From Phoronis australis (lineage: Eukaryota; Animalia; Phoronida), in NCBI GenBank assembly GCA_002633005.1, contig NMRA01000425.1:220805-284804 (forward strand): DNA of 64,000 nucleotides, written 5' to 3'. Within the stretch, counting starts at the first letter, position 1; each line of letters opens with the position of its first letter. Under the pieces are notes generated by a model. It searched no databases. It was given only the letters and a program-made list of their open reading frames with translations, and had not been told where the DNA came from. The position numbers and the translations under genes are program-made. Below are positions 39,130 through 51,100 of this stretch, one piece after another.

Positions 39130-40740
39130 ATGCAGCACCTATTTTACCACAACTATCGCAAGAACACCTCATACCTCCCCCTGCTTAAGTCGAAGGAGGT
39201 ACAGAGAGCCATCACCCTGCACCCAGTCAAGAACCCTGCCGATCTCTACACATTGCACGCCTCCATATTGGACCGTAAGAGCCTGGAACTCAGGCACAAG
39301 ATATTACTGCACCAGCGGGAAATTGCTAAATTCAGCGACCTTATTTCACCTGTCCAGAAAACCACGACAACTGCGGAGCATGGCAAGATTGCTCAGCGTC
39401 CATCTTTGATGAATTTTATTCCCGAGTCGACATCAGAGGTGTTGCCATGGGAGTTCATCACAAAGAGCACTGTTTATTCTGAAAAACTGCTGAACCCCAA
39501 AGTGGGCTATGATGTCATGACCAGGTCAAGCCTGGATGACATCATCGTACAGGTGATGCGTATGATCAACAAAAACTCGCGTCAGAAGGGTCGCACAATA
39601 GACTTTAAGGAGGTGTTGTATGGCTACCGCCGATTTAACCCCCTCTACGGTGTTGACTACATTTTAGACATACTGTTGACGTACAGGAAACACAAAGGCC
39701 GCAAGATGACAATACCTGTACGAAAACACGCTTATTTGCAGCAAATGTTTGCAGAGGTAGAGTTCTTAGAGGACTCCATATTGCAGGTGCCAGATGACTC
39801 AACTAGGCTGCTGAATCAGCGGCCGTCGGCTCTGATGCAGTTATTCCAGAAGAGTTTTAACTATGTTTCACTAAAATCTGCTCATAGGACTAAACGGAGT
39901 TCACCTGCTGTCAGCTCACGAGCCATGGTGCATATGATTCTGCCACTGGCTGGACGCCAGAAAATATTCAACAGGTTTCTGCTGAACTTTGAGCAGGTGT
40001 GTCTAGAGGAAGATGACGCCGTCAGCCTCACTGTCATTCTCTTTCCTAGTCAAGACTCTGACAACCGCCGCTCATTGGAGTTGATAATCTCACTCAGTAA
40101 AAAATATCCCCATCGCAGTATTAGAGTGGATCAGACGAAGGAGCCATTCTCGAGGGCACTTGCCTTACAAAAAGGGGCGTCCAAGCACGATGCTAACTCT
40201 CTCCTGCTTTTTATTGATGTTGACATTTACTTTGACCATGCTGCCATCAATAGAGTACGATTGAACACAAGACAATATAGTACACTATATTTTCCCATAG
40301 TGTTCAGCCATTATAACCCTCAATATGGCTGTGCCATCAGCAACTCATGTCCACAATCTCCATTTGTCTTCCACAGTGACATGGGCTACTGGCGCCTGTT
40401 CGGTTTCGGTATTGCAGCCATGTACAAATCTGACATGGAGATGGTCGGTGGCTATGACGTCACCATCAAGGGGTGGGGGAAAGAAGATGTACAGTTCTAC
40501 ACTAACGTCCTCAAGAGCAATCTGACGGTGTTCCGTGCTGTGGAGCCTGGAATGGTGCACATATACCACCCAATCAGCTGTGATTCCAACCTCGACCCAG
40601 CTCAGTACGACATGTGTATAGGCAGCATGGCATCCACATTAGCTAACCAGCAAAGATTGGCTGAAATAGCCTATCAGTCACCAGAGATCTTGGAACATCC
40701 CTTAGCTGTTGGTAATGACAGCCAAGATGCTGAGAAGTGA
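39130..40740 (+). CDS. CHSY1: CHSY1-like constant (last) exon: end of the GT31 fold (AITLHP), middle region and C-terminal GT7-type GalNAc-transferase domain
   Basis: Acceptor ttttcctctgtttgcag ends at 39129, phase 0. The 536 aa include MQHLFYHNY, AITLHPVKNP, TIDFKEVLYGYRRFNPLYGVDYILD, RKHAYLQQMF, FSRALAL, FIDVD (DxD), YFPIVFSHY, GYWRLFGFGI, GWGKEDV, HIYHPISCD and QYDMC. Stop TGA ends at 40740. Confidence 0.96.
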   Translation: MQHLFYHNYRKNTSYLPLLKSKEVQRAITLHPVKNPADLYTLHASILDRKSLELRHKILLHQREIAKFSDLISPVQKTTTTAEHGKIAQRPSLMNFIPESTSEVLPWEFITKSTVYSEKLLNPKVGYDVMTRSSLDDIIVQVMRMINKNSRQKGRTIDFKEVLYGYRRFNPLYGVDYILDILLTYRKHKGRKMTIPVRKHAYLQQMFAEVEFLEDSILQVPDDSTRLLNQRPSALMQLFQKSFNYVSLKSAHRTKRSSPAVSSRAMVHMILPLAGRQKIFNRFLLNFEQVCLEEDDAVSLTVILFPSQDSDNRRSLELIISLSKKYPHRSIRVDQTKEPFSRALALQKGASKHDANSLLLFIDVDIYFDHAAINRVRLNTRQYSTLYFPIVFSHYNPQYGCAISNSCPQSPFVFHSDMGYWRLFGFGIAAMYKSDMEMVGGYDVTIKGWGKEDVQFYTNVLKSNLTVFRAVEPGMVHIYHPISCDSNLDPAQYDMCIGSMASTLANQQRLAEIAYQSPEILEHPLAVGNDSQDAEK

Positions 40741-43597
40741 TCTGATGTTTCCTTGTGTGGTGAACTTAAGCTGTGTAATTTCTGATGCCTGAAAAGTAAT
40801 ATGTTAAGCTCATGACAAAGGTTTGTCCTTGGTCCTTGTTATGTACTAGCATGCAAATTATTTTCCTACTCTAACGGTTTAGACACCTACCGTAGTATGG
40901 CAAGAATCAACTGGGAGGTTTTATTTCATTGTTAGCATGACTTATGCTGTAGATGATTGTCACCAAAAATCAATTAGTATTTGGAGCAATTTCAGAAACT
41001 AGTTTTGTCAAGAATTGAAGAATCATTTTAACTGCAGATAGAAGTCATTGTAATTATGTAAAGTTTGGTTTCTGTGCAGCCTCACAGTATGCTGGTACAG
41101 GTAGCCTGCAGTCTTAACCCAACTACAAATGTTCTAGTACACTTCAGGTCACGCCAGGCTACATGGGTCTAGTCCCCTTGGCTGCTACTGCTTGTTACCA
41201 AACATTAGCTGGGGTTTTTATTCATTAATGGAAGTCCTGCCTCCTGCCCAAGAGTTAATTGCCAGCAGCACATTGTGCAAGAACTTTCTGGTTTAATGCC
41301 GAGTTGATTAGCTCTGAGTGAACATCCTGTTATGTGGCAATGCAAACTGACTTCCAGTAGGACCTTAAATTTCCTTATCTGATCAAATTGCCTATTGAAT
41401 TCAAACAATGCCCCCTCCCAGACTATTTCCTTTCTGTTACATAAGTTAGGCTTATCCTCACACATGCTGTCCCAAGTATAGTGACTCATCTGTCAGTAAA
41501 TCTTGACAATGATTTCTGTATATTGCTACTCTACTTGCACACCAGCCATGTTCCGTACTGTAGAGTTGCAAAAGTTTGATCTTATTTCGCTCTACCAGTT
41601 TTTAAGGTTTGTGAGCCTGTATGACCAAGCAAGATGCATTCTCACAACTACTGCCACATTGCCGCAAATACAACGCATGTCTCATGTTGAAACGGCTTAA
41701 AACTTGCCATGATGGACCACACATTGAGACCAATCTCAAGTAATAGTGAATTGTCAGTTATTTCCTAGCCTAGGAATCATCGCCAGTCTTTGTAAAGAAC
41801 ATGTCAAGACCAGTTTTTAATTATTGAAAGTTATTCTGGTGATGTAAGGTGGGTGTTTTGCCACTTAAAATGTATGTAAAGGTCACAAGTCAAGATTGTA
41901 TGGCGAGAATCTGTGCCAAAGGTGACAAATGTCAGTCTTGAATGTAAGGTGCATCATTGTTTGGAAATGTTGTTAGCTTAATTGTTGCCTTAGACTTTCT
42001 CAGGTATAGTGGCAGTAAATGTCTCGCCGATTTGTAGCAAGTGCAATCTCGGATGGTGCTCTGTAGTTTAAGAGAAAGAGGTGACATCTGGCAATAGTCT
42101 ATGTGGCCAAGATAGACAAGATTTTAATTTAAATTAATAAGAGCTAAGAAGAGTAAAAGTTCAAAAAAACTGAAGGGCCATTGGTTTCGTCTCCTGAATT
42201 AATAAACCCAGTCAAAGTTAACCTTTCATCTCCAATGACATATTTTAAAAATCCACATTTCTTAAACCTGCCCTCCATAACTATTGATTTAGACCACTTA
42301 TGGTTATGAAATTGATCTCGTATGTTTCTTGCGCACATCAGAGGTGCTCTCTGGTCTTAAAGGGAACTGACAGTGTGTTACTGCTTAGGACCAGGTACCG
42401 CGACTTTGCGCAGTTGGGGCATGTAGTTCATTTTGTGCGCGGAGCGTGGTCTTAAGCAATAATGAACTGCCAGTTCTAGAGATGTCTTGTCTGGGTAAAT
42501 TAAGATAGGTTTTGTTATAGGGACACACGAGTTTAAATCTCAAGTTTATTTCTTTGATTGAAGGAGCATTGATAGCACTTTACAATTATTGAGGATATCA
42601 CGTTTCAAGAACTACGTACGACTTAATGTCGCTCTCATGATGCTTAAAGGGAAACTAAAATCAACACACAAATGAAATACTAGTAACTGCCTAGCTGTCT
42701 GTCAGTATTATGTGATCTGCAAATTGCTTGTTTTTATTGAAATAGTGCATCGGTTCTGGTGTAAGCCATTGGTAAGCTCTAGTACGCTTGCACCAATGTC
42801 TGCTGTACGAGATGATAGATAGGCTTGTCCATTAGAGCATGGGTTTGTACGACACATTCGTTGCACGTGCACATGTTGTCTAGGCTGCTTTGCGCCAGGC
42901 CACCTGGTGGGGGTTATGTGTAATGGACTGAGATCGGACAGTCTTACATTTAGACACTAGGAAAATTGTGGGTGGGCTTATGTGCAAAGACAAGCCGTTC
43001 GGTGGGCTTATACCAGAGCAGTTATGGTAGAAGTTTGTTAGGGCCGTGTTGTATTGTATTGTCATACTTGGTACTCTATGACCTTATTAGTTCTTTGTTG
43101 TTTTGGGAATGTAGTGCTCTGAAACTAACTGTGGGATCACATGTATTTAGTTAGGGTTAGAGTTTTATTTTATTGCAATTTGTGTATTAAGAGATCGCTG
43201 AATGCAAAAATCAGTATTTTGTGATGGATCGGGGGGTGCTCTTAGTCATTTTTAATTTGTATATATTGATGTCATTTGTCATCAACAAGTGTTTTATTTT
43301 TGTAGTTGTGTAGAACAATCGAGAGCAGTGTGATGCGTAGATTTATCAACTCTTTTCCGTAATTGCTATAAGATGTTGTAGAATGAAGGACAGTGACTAG
43401 CAGGTAGAGATTGTCAATCAGGGTGCATGCTCCTATTTATCCACACAGATAGTCATGAACAAGCATTACGTTAATATTGTCATTTCATTGTGTAAATTGA
43501 CTAGATGAAACTCGCTATTTCACTGCAGATGTATTTGTCATAATCCATCATGGGTGACAGTTTCATTGTGTAAATATCGCCATCGTTAGAGGTATTT

Positions 43598-43603
43598 AAT
43601 AAA
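43598..43603 (+). promoter_or_regulatory. Candidate CHSY1 polyadenylation signal (implies a ~2.9-kb 3' UTR)
   Basis: AATAAA at the end of a long GT-rich, repeat-poor + strand tract, followed by T-rich sequence. Another AATAAA lies near 42201. Confidence 0.35.
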
Positions 43604-45002
43604 TGACATTGGAATTTTTCCCTATTATTTTAAAAGGAAACCGGCTTTAGCCAAGGGCTAATATACAGCATGGTCCTCCTCTACAGGTTTTCATTCACTC
43701 CCTTGCACACATTCACAAGTAAGACCGAGCTCAGAGGAATAGGAGACATCTTTGTGCAATGCTTGAATGTTGCAATGCTTGAATGTTGCAATGCTTGAAT
43801 GTCAGCCAGTGAAGCCATGATTTGTAGCACGAATATAAGGGTCTTCAAGGGCAAACTTGAACTAGAAACTCCTATGCATAAACTATAATGTATTTGAGCA
43901 CACTCTGGTAACCAATTATCTTAAGTTCGTAAAAAAGGAGCAGAGAAATTGCCAAAAATAGTTTCGAGTTCCTTTCGAGTACAAAGATTAGAGACCGGGC
44001 CCAGGTCTCTCGTGTGGGAGTCTGGAGCACTAACCATTGAGCCACATTGTCTCCTGTTGTTTTCTTGTAATCGAACTCTGTTTAACTGAAAACAGTGTTA
44101 TTCCAGCACGTTTAAAGGAGATGTTACTCGTTGTATACCACAGGTTAGAATCAATACTTCCAAGAACATTAGGATGGGAAAATGTTGAGATGCCACTGTC
44201 GATGGCGACTCCAGCTTTTTCAATAGGGTTAGCCCAAGTAAAACGATATGTTTGTGAAGAGAATTCTGTATAAAGAGTAGAAATCAGGTATTGACATTTA
44301 GTGCCATGCACTCAACGGACAGTGGAAATAATAGAAAATAGATATATGTCAAGTGATTTTTATTTGGTAAATGATATTTTATGATCTTTTGATGATGTAC
44401 TTGTGTAGCATTTGAATTTTTTTACAAAACTTGGATCACTTCAAAACATCTCTGGACAAGACCCGAGTCAATACTGAAAAAAGATCCAGAAAATGGTGCG
44501 ATGAAGTACAGGTTGTAGCAATGCAAGCAGTCAACTTAACAAGCTTCATTTTGCCCTGTTGAGCTGTCTACAAAACCAAAATCTAACGACCTTTTATTCT
44601 CTTAAAGTAGGCAACATTCCTTGCTCTTCCATTTCTGCTTCAAACTAAGCCCCCCCCTCTCCCATAATGCGAATTTACGCCATTTTCAAATTTTCAAAAT
44701 GTAAAGGTTGGCCAATAATAATAAACTCAATAGAATCCTATCGAGGCAAAAATATTGGACTAATATGAGTGAAAGTCCTAATTCAATTTCTGTTTTTTAT
44801 CCAACTAAACGGCGGAATGCAGTTTTAGTAAAGAATTTCAAAATCTGACATCTTTGATGACTACTGTTTTATTGCGAGTCAGTTTTCCTCATATCAACAA
44901 CATTTTTGGATCTTCGCACCTTTAAACTCATTCAGAACACGAATAAATTCGTAATGTGGCGAGACTCTATATCAATATCACTACCATGGGCTACAATAAA
45001 AT

Positions 45003-45191
45003 CTATTTCTTCTTTGATAATGTTCTTTGCTTCTCAGCATACTCGACAATCTTCTCATTAACTCCCAAACCTTTCCTTCTGCGGACAACGTTCATGTATT
45101 TCCGTGCTTGGTTTTCCGAGTCCGCTTTCTCGCCGAAGTGCATGTACTCTTCCTCAGTGGAAGGTTCCCAGAATGGGTCCAAATCAACGAC
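45003..45191 (-). CDS. EFL1: EFL1 terminal coding exon ([62 protein letters not shown])
   Basis: Translated by hand on the - strand. Acceptor ttgttctcag; TAG at 45003-45005. Confidence 0.94.
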   Translation of the reverse strand, partial: VVDLDPFWEPSTEEEYMHFGEKADSENQARKYMNVVRRRKGLGVNEKIVEYAEKQRTLSKKK

Positions 45192-48100
45192 CTGAGAACA
45201 AAGTTGATAGTGACAATAAATTGATATCAGCTATGGTCAAACGTCGATACAACAAGACGCTTCACTATGAGGTAGAACAAAGAAAATGGACATTATCGTT
45301 TTTATGGCTGAAAATGCATTACTGAGATTCTTGTTCGATGGGGTAAACTTTTTCAAGTTATTAGCTTTGGTCAGAGCTATGAAGCAACTAAATAAATTGC
45401 TCTAGTGATTTTATTTAAAATTGCCTGTTCTCATCGTTGTCTGCCAGACATTCACTGAAATCAAGGCTGGTGACGGCACCAATTAAATACAGTTGAAATA
45501 TTCTTGTCACTTATCGAGTGTGAAATAGCTCTTTAGCAGAGCGTTTTGGCTGGGAATGCGAACGTTCCCAGTTCGAATGCAGGCTGGAGCTGAGTTGAGA
45601 AATCATAACCTTTCTTGCCAGTAATGTTACTTTAAATACATGGAAAAATAAACTTTTTCAAACACAATTCGCAGCATGTGCAACTCTGAATTCTACTGAT
45701 TCTTAATTTTTGGTAGAAATTAAGCGAGAAAAACACCAAAGTTCCGGAAACGACTGCTTTATATCACTCTTCAACTAGAATTGCCAACGAACAGCCAGTC
45801 GCTACACCCTATAGCTACATAAAAACGTTAAGAGTTACATCAACTGGAGGGGTCAACCACCGCCACATATGCCCTGTTATCTCAAGGTTCTCTGTTAAAC
45901 ACTAGTGTTGAAACAGCTGTAAACTCATCTTGCATAGTCACTAAAATCAAATTTTGACTTTGACCACTTTGACTTAGCGTTATCAAATATGTTCCTCAGA
46001 CAGACTAGAGGTCATTTCAGGGCTTGACAAGAACCGACAATTTATTGTTTGAGAACAGGCTCCTCAAGACGACATGTCAATGTGACTCATTGTATGCACT
46101 GAGCATCGTATCAAACGATAACGAACTGTCATTTTTTTCAGGCTCCGAAACCACTCGTCATCCGAGTTTGGAGCAATGAGTGGTCTGTGTCAAACGTTTT
46201 GACGCAACGTGGGTTTATTGGCGCTTTTAGTTCTGCCACATCACGTGCAGAAGACCGTAAACAAATCACCCAATAAATATTGTGTGGTTTCATTTACACA
46301 CACTCGCGTGCACATGCACAGTGCACGTGTATATGCACAGTGCACGTGTATATGCACACACGTTTATTCATAATCAACTAACACTCAGAATTGTGGATAC
46401 TATACTTCAAATTAACTACTGCGCCAGCGTCAAGTAATTTTAACCACAACATTAACGGAAAGGAAACCCCAAAACTGCAAATGATCACGTTCATGTTAAC
46501 GTAATGTACAACTGTAAGATATATGGCACAACATCACTAGAGCATCATTAGTAATTTATACAACCAACAGACGGTTAACAGTCAACAAGGATATCACGGC
46601 TGCATTGTTTCACAACACATGATTTGATATTTCAGTATTACAAAATAGAAGCATGAAAATAAAAACTGGAGCATGATTGCTTTCCTGTGCGACAGATTTT
46701 TCCTTTCAGTATCTCAATCTTACTTTGGCTAAAACATAGTTTCATACCATCATTATTTCTGATGCTTGTTTAATATTAAAACGTGCTACCGGTATCTGTT
46801 GTGCGAACTTAAATCCAAGGTATACAAAGTTGTTTATGAAGGATCGCAGTGGGTAAGAAGGGCTGACCACAGAGCAGAAATCTCACAGACGCAGACCACC
46901 AAACAAATCTCACAACCAGAGACCACCAAACAAATCTCACAGACGCAGACCACCAAACAAATCTCACAACCAGAGACCACCAAACAAATCTCACAGCCGC
47001 AGACCACCAAACAAATCTCACAGCCGGAGACCACCAAACTAAGAAATGATCAATCATTTCAAAACGTGAAAATGGAATTTATTATCAAAGAGTGCCATGT
47101 CACAGGTAAAGTTTTGTGTTTCGGATCTAGAACCCTTGCATAAGTAGATGCATTTTAGGGTAAACGTAACCACAGAAACAGTCAATGTATGTACATTATT
47201 CGACCTAGCGTGCTATTGTGGACCAACAACTTTTACTGTGAAAAAACACTTTGAAATTTCTTTCCACAAGCTGTTAAGAAACATTTTTTATTAAACCACA
47301 GAGTTGCATGTTCCTTAAGTTGAGAGTGCACAACTCTATAATTTATGTATTAATCAAATTTCAAAGGAAACACACTATACATAAATAAAAATGCAATCCA
47401 TTATGATATAAAATAAAACTCACCTCCCAATGGCTAAACTTTAGCTGAGGACTCGCCAGTCCACTAGTTTTCTTGCGAAACTCCTCAGCAAATCCGAAAC
47501 TTTCCACTACAGGCAGCGCGGCTGTGATAACGAAGATTTGTGACCCTTCGCGCATGTCTTCGTACAGTATGCGACCACTGCGCTTCCCCAGGACGGCGTA
47601 AACCTTACCTGAGTAAAGACGAAGCACAATTGAATACAAAAGAGATACAGTTGCCAGGGTGGGTAAAGACATAAGAACAAAAGGCATAGTTGGATGTAGT
47701 CTGTTTTTTGAAAATCAAACCAAAAGAGTGCAGCAGGTGGTCTGACAAAAACCAAGCTGGTGGTGCGATATTTTTTTTCATAACTCAACTTCAAAACGAA
47801 GATCCACCTGAGAACAAAAAGAATGCACAATTTGCTTTTACTTTCACTCATCGCATGGGACCTCGTAGCATTTCAAACTTTGCTCGTTCACATGAATTTC
47901 TCCAGCTTTTCAAAAAAATATACAATACCTCGAAGGCATTGTTGGAGGGCTACATCCTGCAATGGATGGACAATGCCAAGGTACAAGGTACAAGGTACAT
48001 ACAATACCTTGTCTGAAACTGACGCCGGCCAACATTTTGTTAGTTGCTGAACCCAAGTCTCAGAATGAGTCGTGGGAAGACTAGAACCAACTATGCTTTT

Positions 48101-51100
48101 TTGGCCAAAACTGCCGAAATAATCTCAAAAAGTCCGGTATTTGTGAATAATTGTTCTATATGTCGTTTCCAAAAATAAATTGTTTGCAGCCAACTTCACA
48201 ACAAAGCTCAATGTTTTTGGAAGAAGTAACATTTGATGTAAAGTTCGTTTGTTGGTTATCCGTCAAATGATTAGTCGGTCCAATTTTGTGAAATAAGACT
48301 GTGCAGACTTTGTAAGGAAGCTCGTCACTTTTGAGAAGTATTGTTAGGCGACTTCTCAAAGCTCAGATATCTTCAGTGAAATAATCGTTGCCCATTCTGG
48401 CACCCAAACAGTACTTCATGAAGTTGATTTTTTGAGAATTGTTTGATCATGATCCAATGCGTAGCAAGAAATTTAGCAAAAATGAGAAATGTGAAGTCAC
48501 TCCAACATTTAAGTAATATATTTCTGCTATCCCTGTCATTCCATATTTTATGCCTTCCTAAACTTACTGCAAAGTAATCAGTTGAAAAACCTACAGAAGG
48601 TCATCATTCAACCAAATCTGCTGAAGACATTTAGTTAAACCAGGGATGCAAAGATCTCAGTGCAGAAACTTTCAGCTCATTCAAGTCCCCACATTCCCAG
48701 TACGTTTGCCGTCCCCTCATTCAACCCCCCCTCACATTCTACTCACCCAGTACATCTGTCGTCTCCTCATTCAAGTACCCCCACATTCTACTCATCCAGT
48801 GCATTTGCAGTCGCCTCATTCATGTCCCCCTACATTTTAGTCACCCAGTACGTTTGCCGTCCCCTCATTCAAGTCTCCCCACATTCTACTCACCCAGTAC
48901 ATTTGCCGTCCCCTCACATTCTACTCACCCAGTGNNNNNNNNNNNNNNNNNNNNNNNNNNNNNNNNNNNNNNNNNNNNNNNNNNNNNNNNNNNNNNNNNN
49001 NNNNNNNNNNNNNNNNNNNNNNNNNNNNNNNNNNNNNNNNNNNNNNNNNNNNNNNNNNNNNNNNNNNNNNNNNNNNNNNNNNNNNNNNNNNNNNNNNNNN
49101 NNNNNNNNNNNNNNNNNNNNNNNNNNNNNNNNNNNNNNNNNNNNNNNNNNNNNNNNNNNNNNNNNNNNNNNNNNNNNNNNNNNNNNNNNNNNNNNNNNNN
49201 NNNNNNNNNNNNNNNNNNNNNNNNNNNNNNNNNNNNNNNNNNNNNNNNNNNNNNNNNNNNNNNNNNNNNNNNNNNNNNNNNNNNNNNNNNNNNNNNNNNN
49301 NNNNNNNNNNNNNNNNNNNNNNNTCCCCTCATTCAAGTCCCCCCACATTCTACTCACCCAGTACGTCAGCCGTCCCCTCATTCAAGTCCCCCCACATTCT
49401 ACTCACCCAGTACGTCAGCCGTCGCCTGGACAACACACTCATACATGGCTACCATCAGTCTCTGCGGCTGAGACTGGAATGCTTTCCAGCATGCCTCCTT
49501 AACACATGACATTATCTGTCCAGACATCGGTCCATACGCTTGTTGTTTCTGCTTGCAATCTGCCACTTCCTCATTCGAGCCCTCTGATATTTCAGAGCCA
49601 CCACTGAGCAATCGATCTCTTGAAAGTTCTGAAGGAATATCATGAATGTGGCTATCGTCTTTAATGCTTAAGCACTCAACCAGCCCAGGAATGCTTCCAT
49701 TTTCAAAATCTCCATTTTGGGTAACAATACTCGCATGATTATCATTATTTTCCAAATTTCTAATTTTCACTGAATTTCTGTCCATGTCAGCATCCTTTAA
49801 TGAAGCAGTTTCCTCTGAAAAAGTTGAGAGCTGCATATCCCATGATTCCATTATAAAGGCCACGCCCATCATGGGCTCAGCACACAAGGGTCCAGATAAG
49901 GTCGCCAACTGAAACCCACTGACAATGCAGTGATCAAACTGACGTGAGTTCAACACAATCTGGGATTTTTTCTCGAGGGCTGACCACACAGAAGTTCGAT
50001 CATATCCTTTGATTTTATTTATCAACAAATTCGGTCCATACCGACGAGGGCCAAAGGACCATATGCACTCCACAACCCCTTCCCACAAGTCACTATTTTC
50101 CCCATCGAAAGCTGACTGCAAGTCAAGTTTGAGCTGTTGCAGTTTTGACTTAGTATCTTTGCTCATCTTAGAGCCCACAGCTAAATCAGATCTTCCAAAT
50201 ATCTTCAGACTGGCATAATCATCTAGGGTCTTTATCAGTTGAGGATTCTTGTCCAATAAATTAGTAACCTGGAAAAAAGATAAATATAACAACATATTAA
50301 AGCCATCACGATACTTTAAGTTTATGTACGACCTAATCGACTTGTGAGTGCATTAAATAGCCACACATCTGCAAAACTACGTATTTCAACTCGGTAAAAG
50401 TGCAATTGTTTTCTGATAGTATAAAACCTGAAGAATTTTATTTCGACTTCATATCCATCTGCTTTTAACTGGGTCACATGACCATGCATTTTTAGTAAAA
50501 TTCAGCAGAAGAGAGAGGTACATTCACAACAAAACAACGATATCAACAACATGACTAAACTTTGTTCAATATAAATGTTCAAAATGGAATCTCAAAAATG
50601 CTGTTACAGTTTTTGCAATTATCATTTCATCTTCATGCAATGTGTTTTCATAAAAACAATAAAAGTCCTGTTTATTCATAGCCCCTTGTGCAAAAGTGAA
50701 ATTGTTTACAATTCCTAAGGGTTTTAGAAAACACTGTATAAATCATGATACCTGAAAGTTACATAATGAATCCAATTGGCCATTGCGAAGATATCATGTT
50801 CCAAAGTTGGCCATATTTGGCCATTTTTCGAGGGTTCTACATATTAACCTTAAATTACCACAAGAAAGTGTTTCAAATTACATTACCCTTGTTCATTGGT
50901 GAACACGTATCGTTGCAGCAGTGCTAAAGTAAATTTATTTACATAACCTTGTTCATTGGTGTGTGTGTATTGTAGCAGCAGGGTTCAAGGCTTAGCATAA
51001 CTCACCAACATTTCCAGGTCATCAAATGGGAAATAATTACACACTGTATGCAAGGGTGGGAAAGTAACAACTCACACAAACGATACATAGCTGACTACAG

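Noticed and set aside
45525-45590. Functional tRNA gene
   Set aside because: Acceptor and T stems do not pair properly and the A box is degenerate; kept only as a tRNA-derived relic.
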